A stretch of DNA of 64,000 bases from Styela clava (lineage: Eukaryota), in contig NC_135252.1 in the NCBI RefSeq assembly GCF_964204865.1, forward strand, positions 17,112,001-17,176,000, written 5' to 3'. The position numbers and the translations under genes were made by a program. The notes beneath the pieces are model-generated. The model had not been told where the DNA came from, made no database searches, and saw only the letters and a list, made by a program, of their open reading frames with translations. Shown here in pieces: positions 1 to 13,000 of the stretch (positions are counted from its first letter, which is position 1; each line of letters opens with the position of its first letter).

Positions 1-1082
1 GAAGTGTGTGTTTATCTTTTCCCTTCGTATTTTGCGTGAAACTTACCTTTTTTATTGGCTGAAAAAATAAACTTGACTTGACTAGACAGCGAAGTAAATC
101 TTTGGGGAATTGAATTGCCTGAAGGCATTCACTATAAAAGTGAGAACCGGCATTTGTCCTGAGAGCAAAATGATACCAGACAACAGAATGAAGAATTATG
201 GTTGCATGTAAGTGGTATATGAAGGTTCATTTTGTTCATGGTGGTTCGGGCCTCACTCGCTGTCACACTGTTTTAGAAACGTTGAGATTTTCATGCTCTC
301 CAGCAAAGCTCATAACACATTATGGACGTATTACTTTTTGTGTATATACTTTGCACTAAGATTCAATTTACTACGCTCAACAGCGTTACTTTATTAAATA
401 CCTATTAGTTCTCTTATTTCCTAGTTTGGTAACGTCTAGCACGCGTTTCTTGTACTAGGTTATATAATGCCTCTGGTCTCATCACGAAAGCCCACCCGAA
501 TCCTGGCTCTATTTACGAGTTCATGATTCCGTAAAATGGCCACTAGAGACAGCCCCCCTAATATTTTTCAGAAATAAACGGACTTATCTGCAGATGGATA
601 TATTTCTGTTTCCTGGGCTTATGAAGGAATTTTTATGCTCAACCATGTTTTATGTTTATTTTACATATTTTCGTTATGTTTTTTCTAAAAAATATTTATA
701 ATAAATGATACAATATATTTCTTTGTTAAAGTCAGCAGTTTACATTCTAAACATAATCAGCGGGAGGAGCATCGCCACACTGCGCGACGTACTGGCGCAT
801 TGTTGACCTGTTGCCTGTATTCTGGTATTGCTGTATCGCCACTATCGCGGTGTTGTTGCCGGTCTCTCCCCCGACTTTTTGGAAAATTGGTTCTTCATCC
901 GATAGTTAAATTATTTTACTCAGGTTTATCTAATATTTTTCTTGAATGTGACTTAACAATATTGCTTGTAGACGTGGGATCTTGGCAACAGCTACCGTAA
1001 CGTTCAGACGTTAGATAGCTTTCGGCCCTTCGGTAGACCATTCCAGTCAGCCGGTACCGGTATAGGCTAAGTTAACAACACA

Positions 1083-4000
1083 ATGGATGAATTGTATCCC
1101 AGCTTAACACGTGCAAGTTTGGATCAGAATTACCTTCATGCAAACTCGTAAGTACCGATTTATCATTAAATACCGAAATATGCTAGTTGCTATGTTTTTT
1201 TACACTTTTACTTTGTTTGAGGTGGATTTTTGATGCTACTTTTTAAATTGGAATCTCATTAGTTCGTGACAGTGGGATTCAGAGATTCAAGATATGTTCT
1301 TTTAATTCTAGCCATTACATAGATGTACTGCCATATTTCAGTAGGGCATAGTTCTCCGATTCCAAGATGCCCACCCATTTGGTTTATTGAAACAAACTCT
1401 ACTTGGATCTGCTTTGAGGGCATCTAGCATAGCGGCAGGTCACCAAATCGCGCGAGATGATTGTCTCAATAATAATTTGAAATCGATCATGTGACCAGAA
1501 TTGTCTCGAAGGTTAAGATAAAATTTCAGAATTTTTTTCTTCAGAGTGCGATATTTTATTCCGAGATTCCGATGGTGACTTGTTTTGATCGCCTACTTTT
1601 AGTTTGTTGTGCAGTGCCGTTTTGAACCGATTCGAAGACACAGACTGCTTTGTAAAGGGTTGATCTGCACTTACTGTTATATTTGATGTCTTTCAATGTT
1701 AGAATGTGGGGGCTATTCTTGGAATGTCAGAACTGTGCCGTACTGTATTTAGATCATTCGTTTCATTTTGATTTTCTTACAGCCTTATGAATCCAATGCA
1801 TCATTGAAAATTTCAATTTTTTTCAGGACAACTCATGAGTTTCTTTTTGGGGCACTTGCTGAGCTAGTAGATAATGCAAGAGATGCGGACGCTACAAAAA
1901 TAAATGTTTTCACAACAAAAAATGAAGATGTTCGAGGTGGATTCACTCTCAATTTTCTCGATGACGGAGAAGGTATTTCTAATCGTTTTTATTTTCAAAC
2001 TACAAACTGAAAAATAATGAACTGAAATACAAAATAAATTTTATTCCTTTTTCATGCTTTGAAGCTTCACTTTTTCTTTTATCATGCAGCAGTTCTTTGC
2101 CCTACCATACGTTACTAGTGTAGATAAATATGTTTGGTAACTATTTCAAACATGATGTAATTTAACATTCGGAGCTGAATAGAAACTCAAAAGGCATTAA
2201 TTCTCAACCAACAAAGAAAGGTTGCGTATGGCAAATATTTTGTCATCCAAATTTGGATCCTTCAATTTTTTTTCAATCAGTGGCCATTAAGTTTGAAAAA
2301 GTCAGACATAAAGTTTCCTTGACTACACAATGATATTAAATTGTATTCAGTAATACCAGACCCAATATTCATGAACAAATATGTTTTCACTTTAGATAGG
2401 ATTTTTAGATATCTTCTGGCTTTGAATAGGCCATTATTTTTGGTTATGCTTGGTTTTCAATATGCAATATTGCTAATCTTACTGTATTATATTTTTCAAC
2501 ATTAGGAATGGATTCAAATGATGTTGCGAACATAGTACAATTCGGTCGTTCTTCAAAACGACTTTCCAGTGATAACATGATTGGGCAATATGGAAATGGT
2601 CTCAAGTCGTGAGTGTTTTTATTAGATTTTTCCTCGAAATTATGCAGTATGTTACAGAGTCAGCCTTGAAACAGTTGTTGTAGCAAATAAGAGGCATCAG
2701 TCATTTATTCAGAGCAAGATCATAATTATGCAATGCCGAACAAAAAAGATTTCAGTCCTCCAAAAAAATCTAGCTCTTTACATATCATTATTTGCTTGTA
2801 TAGAGCCTTATTCGGCACCATGAACACCATAAAAAAATCAACATCTTTGTTTTGAACTCTATATATGGAGATATGGATTTTTATTCTGCATACTGAGTAT
2901 TTCATTCTAGCATAACTATCAAATTATTTACATGTTGCATGGTTTGATGAACAGTGATTGAGCAATGTTCGTATTAACCAGTACTCTATTCTGAGACATA
3001 CAGCCTCTATGCTTATTTATATAAAACATCTCTCCATTTCTCTACTTACAGAGGTTCTATGAGGATTGGAAACGATTTTATGTTATTTTCGAAACGGGGA
3101 AGATCGTGCACTTGCTTGATGTTGTCAAGAACATTTCTCAACAGAGAAAGAATTTCAAACATTATTGTTCCAATGCCAGTATGGGATGCTGACAGTAGGA
3201 AACCTATTTATGATACCGGAGGAAAAGCTAAGGTTTGGAATTGGATATTCCATTTTTGGGCAAGAAGTTGAAGTTGACCCACAAATCATTTTGCAAAATG
3301 GTTTTTGTTCTTGTTAGGGTTGTGTGGGGGAAAAAACTGCTCTTCCCATCAGCTAAAGGTGCAATTAATTTTCAATTTTCAGTATATAGAGATGGAACAA
3401 TGTGCTAAACAGCGGTGTGCAACCTGCGGCCTGTGGGCCAAATGCGGCCCACAAGAAAAAATTGTGCGGCCCGCCTGCAACTATCAGAAATCATTTATTA
3501 AATAAAGGTGCAGCCTGCAGTTTCACCCTGTTATTTGTATCTGGCCCTCCTTTATTGAAGGTTGCACACCCCTGTGCTAGAAGGCTGTTACCGTACTTTT
3601 TTTTTCAAATATTCTTAGACATATGGTATTTTATCTCAAGTTTTGTTAGTTCTGGATATATTGCTCTAACCATGAGTAATTTTATCAAGCTATTTTGCCC
3701 GCTTTTTTTTACAAACCCAGTGATCAGCTATGTAAATTGCTGCTTCGAATAGATTTTTTTCAACTTTGAATTCTGCTCTAGTTATCTTTTTCTTCTGATT
3801 ACAATCTTTCTATTCTCAGTACGACATGGAGATAGAATTGATCAAAAAATATTCACCATTTAAAACAGAGAGAGAAGTCATCAAACAGTTTGACAGTATT
3901 AAAGACAGAACAGGTGAACTGAGGCAATTACATGGTATTCTGGATAAGGTCTGGGGTTGAAATTTTGATTCATCAGAACCCAAATTTCGAATAGAATCTC

Positions 4001-7000
4001 AAAGAGTTGACCAAACATTCTAAACAACGGATCAAAGAAAACATACAATCTACAAAGGCTTTGTCATCACAATTTGTTTTTTGATATCATGAGTTGGAGT
4101 CGGATCCAAATTTTTATCAGTGTGATGTCCTGATCTGATGTGGAATTTTTAGTCAGCCCTAAGCTGGAGTCCTTCTATAAATATTAGTATAGAAATTTAT
4201 CCAGTTCCCACGTCAGTGTTGCGGACAAATCCTTGAAAATTGATCACTGTAATTAAGTGATATTTTGTAACAAGCGGTCTCTCGTATGTTTTATTAATTA
4301 CCAAGTGATTTTTGCACGTACTCTCTGAATAAGGCACTGTACAGTCAGTCACTATTATATGGTAAGGATCTTAACTTTATGAATTGTGTTCAATTAGGAA
4401 CTCCCGTAGTGTGTGTACCAGGTTAGGATTAGGCCTTAATTTTATTATGATTTTCCTTATTTTAGTTCTATTACGAGTTCGGGGTCTGTCTGTGTTAGCC
4501 AAGTGAATATACTCTCCGTCCATAGGCTTCCGGTCCCTTTACACAACTTAATGTAAAATAGGCGAACAAAATAGTTATCTTCATATTGGTACACATACTT
4601 CTGGAGCGCCCCCAATTATACCCTGGGTGAGGATACTGAGAAATAATACAGATATCCAATTAGTTACTGGTTGCCATTGGACTTGAAAAGACCAAGTTAG
4701 CACTGTCAAGGAAACAGTTTGTCAGTTATGTTCACTAAAAAATGACAAACAATCTGGATATCAAATATATTTCGTAATGATTTTCACAGGTACATTGATT
4801 GTTCTCTACAATGTGAAACTTCTTGATTCTGGAAATCCAGAACTTGATGTTTTAACTGATCCAACAGACATAAGAATGGCAGAGATAGATGAAGAAGACA
4901 AAAGGTGACTTTTTACGTCTGACTTTGATAAGGTCTTTGTAGTTGAGGGTTTGTCAAACCCCACCATTGGTCCCCTTGGGGGGCCACATAGCCCATGACC
5001 AAACAAAGTCCTTCTATTTCGATGACTATATCAATTTAAACTGCACTGACTGTGATTAAATGTGATGAATAAAATGCTGAAAATGCGTTAAAGACAAAAC
5101 TAAGTGTTATTATGGAAGGTCAGAGCAGACTGAATTTCCAAGTTTCCATTTTATCCGCTTTGTAAAATTTTATAAATGAAATAATCTTTGTTAATTTTCA
5201 ATTAATACATTTATTCTGAAGCAAAATTTTTTACAAAAGTTTATGCAAAAAGTTTGCTTCTTTACTTTTGCTAATTCGAATCTTTAGAAAACCTTAATTT
5301 CTGGACATTCATTTTAAAATTGTAATTGATGCTTTTTGAGTATTTGAATTCTGCCCTTTCAGGTTTGGTTCTACGACAGACACAAAACAATAAATTAATT
5401 TAAAATACTGGTGAATTGGTAATCATCTCTTTTCTATGACTAAGCTATAATTGTCTTTCCATCCAGCAATTGGCCTGAAAGAGTATCTTTCAAAGCATAC
5501 GTATCAATATTATATCTCGATCCGAGGATGAAAGTTTATATCCAGGGAAAGAAAGTTCGAACGAAACGTTTGGCAAACTGTCTATATAAACCCAAGTAAG
5601 TTCTGTTAGATTGCTTCTCGGTTGGTAAGATAGGAATGTCTAGAATATTTTTTTGTATTTTTCAAGTTATGCACGCTATTCAATTACTACTACTAGTCTC
5701 ACTATATTTATTGGACATGACTGGAATCATATTCAATATTATTGTTGCTGGTAAAAAATTGTTTTTCTTCGTAACCAATGGGCTGTTCAATTTCAAATTA
5801 TCAGTTTTCAAGGATGGATCAGTTTTCAAGGCAACACTTTTTTCCCTAAAGATTTTGTTTTAATTGTGCTATTTTTGTATATATTGTGCCATTTTTAGTT
5901 TGCCAGTGTGCCATCTTATTGGTAAAAATTGGTGTTAAGCTTAGACCTTACTTGGTACTGATGTAAATTGCTATGATGATGGGACTTGATTTGAAATTTT
6001 AATTTGAATTTTTGCCTTTTATGATAACTAATCAGAAAAAATTTGATGAAAAATTTCTATTGTTTCCTAATAGATCGTACAAATACTCTTCAACAAGATT
6101 TAAGAAAAGGTCAGAAGATGAAGTTAGAAAAGCTGAAAATGAATTTAAATTAGGTTTGTTTTTAATATAGGCATGTTGTTTAATTGTTGTTAAATTTGGA
6201 TTTGAATCGTGTGCCTTATCAGTTCAGTTCTGTGAAGTCAGAGTTTGACCTGATCTCATTTTCATTGGAAATGGAGGTATTCCGGATTTGAGGTTTCACC
6301 ACAGCCTTGTTGAAATTAAGTATCGATTGATAGGTTGTTGAGGAAGAATTCCTTTGCGTGGTAAATTTTTTGGTACTCCGGTAGTGTTTGTACCAGGTTA
6401 GGGTTAGGCCATGATTTTATTCCGATTTTTTCTATTTTATTTAAGGTTCGGGGACTGCCTGTGTTAGCCAAGTGAATATACCCCCTGCCCATAGGTTACA
6501 TTCCTTTACACAACCTGATGTAAAGCAGGCGAACAAAATTAGTTATCTCCATATTGGTATACATACTTCTGGAACGCCAATTTTTCTTTATGGCATGTAT
6601 ATGCAACTATCAGATTATCTTATCAAAATTTATCTTATGTCACATTCATAATTTTGAAATTGTATCTCTTTTTAGCTGAAGAAAGATGGAGAGAGGCAGA
6701 AAGTGACAGTAAAGACAAAGAAAAGAAAGTAAGTCAGTAGTGTGCCAATACATTGAACACCGTTCATATCATTTCTGTATGATTGAAGACTTGTGTAATA
6801 ATAAAATGAAAATTTTGGAATTGATAATTGCCCGAAATTTTTCTCGATTTGAACTGGTCCAATTGGCATTATGCTGGATTATATATTTTCATACACTTTG
6901 TCAGGTGTCAATCAAAGCCAATCCTAAGAAAGCCGAACTTGCCGAATTAAGAAATAAGCAAGAAAAATCTAGACTTTTGAAAAATGAGGTTAATCAATTG

Positions 7001-10000
7001 AGGGATGATTGGACAAAGAAAAAAGCGTAAGTTGGATTTAAATTAAGAAAACAATAAGAAAAATTATTCTCAAATATATGGACACGATTTATGTCGTATG
7101 AAATGTTTAAAAAAATGCTTGAACATCGTATGAATTTTTGCCTGTGAAATATAAACACCTACGAAATTTAGGGGGAAATATCAGCCCCTGTACAGTCAGC
7201 AAAATCGCAAAAATAGCATCCTTATTGTGACTTTTTTCATCGATTGGTTCATTCATGTGAAAGCACAATGATCCATCCACTTTTTGCTTGCTATATCATT
7301 TTCTCAATACTCCAGAGATTCAGTGAATCTGACTTTTTAGAGGAGCGATTCCCAGAAGGTGTGCTGTGCAGCAAGTTGTCAGGTTTGTCGTGAAAATTCG
7401 TGTTAAACATAACTAAAATATGATTTGAAATTTTACGTATTGTCTTTATTATAAAAGTTTTATTGCTTCCATTCTTAAATGTTGTGTATAGGAATCAATA
7501 AATTCATTCCATGTTGTTTATTTTCTGTCACATAGTGTCTGTCTGTCTCTGTTACGTAACAATAGATGTAAACACCACTTGCTGCAGTTTATTTATCTGC
7601 TTAAAATAAGGAAAAAGATATGAACTTTATTTTCATTCCTGAGGTATACATGTTTACTAACGTTAAAGGACATGAACTACGCAGTGATGATTACAATAGA
7701 GTAGCATATCTTTTTCATGCAAGTGAGCTGCGAGTATTTTCCCCTGATAATTTGGCGCCCCAAAAGTTTGGGAACCGCTGTCTTAGGGGGTGTTAACAGT
7801 GTGATACATCTACATGGAAGAAGAAAATTAATTTATTTTTCCGATAGGCCTGTGCGTGCTTGTTTGGAGCTTCATTCCTAGAACACAATACAGTAATGTG
7901 CATTGTCATTTTTTCAGGTCACTAAAAGAACCAAAGACGTTGGATTTTATATTTGGTTTCAACATTACAAATCGAAAATATTACGGAATGTTTATTTACA
8001 ACTGCAACAGACTGATACGAATGTACGAGAGGGTCGGACCACAGATTGATGGAGGAGTGTGAGTGTTTAAACCTGACATAGGCAAACTCCGCCCCGCGTA
8101 CCATTGGGTGATTCAGTCTTGCCTGATGACGCTGCCATAAATTTTTCCTTTGGTGCAATAGGCTTGTTAGAATATGTTCGTAGTCTGTGAAAGTTGTATT
8201 TCAGATTGCCACAGACTTTCTTGTTATGGGGACAAAACTAAGTTTCAAATTTTGTTGTTTTGGCTAAAAAATAGCTTAAGGAATTTGAGATTGCGATTAA
8301 ATTAAGTTTTGGCACGAGGCTTATCGTTTTTCACTTTTGCTCTTGTAACACTAAATATTGTTCATAAAATTTAACTTTTTACGTCGCACTTACATGGCCC
8401 GCCAGTTTAGATGGGCAAAATTGGGCAAGATGGGCAAAGAACCTTGCCACCAAGTTTAGGTTCAAATCTTAGCTTCAAACCCCATGTACACCACCTCGTC
8501 CAGGGTGTAATAATTTGAGTAGGCAATGTCAAGTTGGATAGTTTGAGAGCTTTATCAATGAATTCATAAAGAATATTTTGGTTTTGTTGCAAGCTATTTT
8601 TCCATATCGTTCCACAAGGTCGTACACTTCAGCTCAAACATGCTAGTTTTTATCATTTTCGCCTTGATATAACATTTGTTCTTTAAAGATTTTCCTGCGA
8701 AAGTTGATACTTTTTATTCATGTTACGACCGAGGATCTTTACAACCAGCCACTATTATGTTCGATTCATGTGGCCATCTTATTATATCTCATGTTCATAT
8801 GTTTTACCATTGTTCTTTTGATTTTTGTAGAAATTGTTCCGGTGTTATCGGAGTCGTCAATGTTCCATATCTTGTCCTGGAACCAACTCATAATAAACAA
8901 AATTTTGCCGACAACAAAGAGTACATGCATATGTTGAAGGCTATGGGTGAGTTTTTTTGAACATTTTTTAACAGCGAAGTATGTGACGAACGATGTGCTT
9001 GTATTAGATACTGGAGTTTGAGTCTGATTTGTATTTCCAAATGCCAAACAATCGGGAGTGAAGTTTTGAATACTATGAGGTCTGATTTCAAACTTCCTAT
9101 TGTGGTAGTCAAATTTCAAATTCCAGACAGGAAACGAAAAAGCTTTCATGTTTTCTTAGCATCACAACATAAAAAAAAAAGATATACTCTAGATTTGTTG
9201 TCAAAAGACATTTGTTTGAGTTATTTATACAGTTTGGAAGTAGGGTAAATTTCAGCTGACTTTGCATTCCTAATTCAAACTTACCTGTTGGAATGTTGAA
9301 TGTAATATAAATTAAGACTTTCTATATTTTAGAGATTTCCCAACCTTAAAAGAAGTCCTTTTTGTTTGCGCAGTGAATTCTTCGAAATTTTTCATTAAAC
9401 CATTTTACATTATTCCTAAAATCAAGAATTCATAATTAATAATACCTTATAAAAAAGTGGAAATGGTTTGAATATTCAATAGGTTTGCCCGCTTTCCAGT
9501 TTTTGATTTTTATCCAAGCGTTTATCATTTTTAGGTGATCATCTGCAATGCTATTGGAGAGAATCAAAAGTAAGCGAGGGAAAAGGTGTAATGAGTTTTT
9601 GGGAAAATTTTGGATATTTGTCCTCATCTTGGTCTGATGAACCATCGAATGATCCCAGATATTTACGAGCGAGAGCGATGCACATTCCCAAAGTTATTCA
9701 ATGCGGTAAGCAAAAGGTTTAATACTTATTTTTAGAGGTCTTTGTATTTATAGTATGTGAACCTTTTTGCCTTAATATATAGTTAATTAACGAAACTGTC
9801 AGTATCAGCATCAGAGAGAGAAATACTATTTCACTGCAACATATTATTACATATTTCATCACGAACCGAATTATGTACAAGTAAACATGAATATGTAAGG
9901 AACTGCTTCACAGTTTGTCATTGTTCACCCAATTTATTGCGCTTTGGTCATCTTTCAAGTTCTTTGAAAACAAGAACTCCCTGCATATTACTGTCTGCTT

Positions 10001-13000
10001 TGTGAGAGCCTTGCTTAGATTGAATGCATGAAAAACACTTAATAATAAGATTTATGAAATATTCAGTTGATAAATGAATTATATTTAAATGAATTTCCTT
10101 GTTGCTTTTTAAATAAAATACTCTATTTTTTGAATTAATATTTTTCTCATAGATGGGTGTCGAAAGTGGAGGGTATTGCCATTTCAGTCCAGTGCAATTG
10201 GAAAGGAACCTCCTGAGAACTGGATTTGTTCAATGAATCCTGACTTAAAACGTAATAAATGTCAATGCGCAGAAGAAAAACCTTCCATTCCTGTAGGCGA
10301 ATTTAAAAAAGAAACCAAATCCATTGAACAAAAACGAGCGGAAAAAGAAGAAAAATTACTCAAAATGCAGAAAGAAATTAATAAAATATCAGTAAGTTTT
10401 ACAGATTGTCTGTCTATCTATTCTACAAATTTCATTGCTACTTGACTCTTCTCCAGCCGATTTCTTGATCCCATTTTGTATGATCATTTTCAAAAAACTT
10501 TTACTACTCAGCCATTAGACTCACCCAATTTGCAGTTAAGTTCATATGTGTCTAGTGGAGGGTTAGTTACTATTTTTTTTTTGTTTATCTTCAGAACGTT
10601 TATTTGTCTTTAGAACATTTATTTTGTCTTCAAAATTTTTTTTTTAACAAAACGATACCATAATATTATTGTAGCCCAAATATGTTGTGAATACCAAATT
10701 TCATTCTTGGTGGTGTTCGTGGAGTTTCTAGAAATTAACTTTTATTTTTATTGTTTGGACTCCAATTGCTTCAAGATAACTTGTATGTCTTGGCATCTTT
10801 TTGATAAAAATAAATGCACATATTGGTCCTAGCATGCAAAGCCCTAATGACAGTGTTTCTCAAAGTAAGTGTCCCAAGATAATTTTGTGTGCATCACAAT
10901 ATATCAATCCACTTTCTATATAATTTCTTATTTTCTTGTATTCATAAAACGGTAAAGTTTTAAAAATTTATGTTGTCAGCAAAAACTGGTTGGGTATATT
11001 GGACAATCAGCTGAATTATGATCATTTATGTTCACAAACAACAATCTCACCCAACTGATTTTAAATTTTTTCTTTCCATCATTTTAACTACAGGAAGAAA
11101 ATATATCGTCAGTATGAAAAGTTTGGGAACATCTTGCTTCAGCATTAAACTAATAATTGTGTCAGTTGTTTCAAATTATATTTCTTTTTTACAATTCACA
11201 GAAACTTCAAACCGTATCCAGTTCACGAGATGCTCAACGTAAACTTTCAGATGTCTCGTTTTCTCCTCCTAGAAGACAGTCAAGCAGATCTAGTCGTAGG
11301 TCGCAGGAATCTTCCGAAAGTGAAGAAGAAGAAGAAGAGGAATACAGAGCACCATCGAGAAGAAGAATCAAGAATGAGGAATATGATGACGATGATGAGG
11401 TTCGTTGTTTTCCATTTTTTAATTTCAGAACAGCAAAGTAGGGCGGGAGACGTAGATGAAATCGGGCCTTTCGACTACGAATTAAGAACAATTCGACGAT
11501 GGTTTCAGGTTGATAAATGTCCTGAGTCCGACTTCAGCTCCAAATTCAGAGAAAATTAAAATTTTATGATAAGTCTCCTATAATAATTGACTGCAAAGAA
11601 TGCTTGTTAAGCTTGATGCCTTTTTGGTTTCAAATTAATGGAAGTTTATTATCAGTTATCACCATTCAAAGCATGAAATTCCGACAACTACTTCTTACTG
11701 GGAATTAAATATTCACTCTTGCCTCCAGGCATGCCATACTCCGCAGCCCCGAGTGGAGTACTGGGTTAGGGCAGGGATTCTCAACTTGTATTTTCTCTTT
11801 TTCTCCCCTGGCAAATTCCCAAAGTAAAATTGGACCACACAAATTTCTTTTTATGAAAGAACTGCCACCTGGCTGGAAGGTCTCCCTAGCAGAACTGAGA
11901 AGTCTGTAATAATGTGCAATCTACTTTAACTGGGTTTAAAAAAAATGGATTTGACTTCCGACTCCAGTTCTGAACACAGAGAAAATATAGTTTTGATAAT
12001 AATAAGATTGAGTATACAATTTCCCTTAGTAATCTTAATGCTTTTCCAATTTCTGAAGAAAATTTTCATTCCTTCTCACCATTGAAATTATAAAATTTGG
12101 ACTCCTACATCTCCGAGGAATTCAAAATTTCGACTTTTGACCCCAGTAAAAACATGTCGAACTCTTGCTCAAACCCTGCAGTCTTGGGTGAACAATGTGT
12201 CAGAACAGGGATTCTCAACTTTCATTTATAGGAATCATATAAAAGCGTTACGGCCTTATTTAACCTTTTACAGCCTCCTCCACCACCATCTCGACGTGGG
12301 GACTCAGCCATAAAGAGAAAACTTCCTCCTCCTGCTCCCACGAGTAATTACAAAACCCCGCCAAGAAAACTTTCTGCAGTTATATCAACTCCTAATCATG
12401 TTTCTTCATCAACATCAAGACAAAGTAAAGAATATATGCCGGCAAGAAAGAAAGTCAGTACATCTTGGGTTCAAACCCCATTGTTATAAGCTGTGACAAA
12501 ACAAAAAGTTTTGGTTCATTCAAAATATTTCAGTTGCCCAAGTTTCTTGCTTGCTTGGAGTGGAGATGTGATACACATAAAAGACCCTTTTTATTTATCT
12601 TTTGGTATTATTTTGATTTGGATCTTTGTGGAAAATTGTGCATATCATGATATTGGTTGATATTGGTACAAATTTTATGTATTTAAAAAACTACACCAAC
12701 TTTACGGTTCTTTAAAACAGTTCAGATTATATCCGAACAGAAATAGAATATTTTTATGAATTTATTACAAAGCTTTATATAACGTTTTATTCTATTTTAT
12801 ATTCAATTCACTTTGTTCAGGCTGCCATCGAACAAGATGAAGAATCAGAAGATGAAGATCTGGAGGATGAAGATGATGACGCTCCAAGTAAAGTTATTTT
12901 CTGATTTTTTATAAATATTCTTTTAAGATATTCACAGAATTAATTTACTAAATGTTTTTTCTACCAGTAATTGATATTTTTGAACCACTGAGGTGTAATA

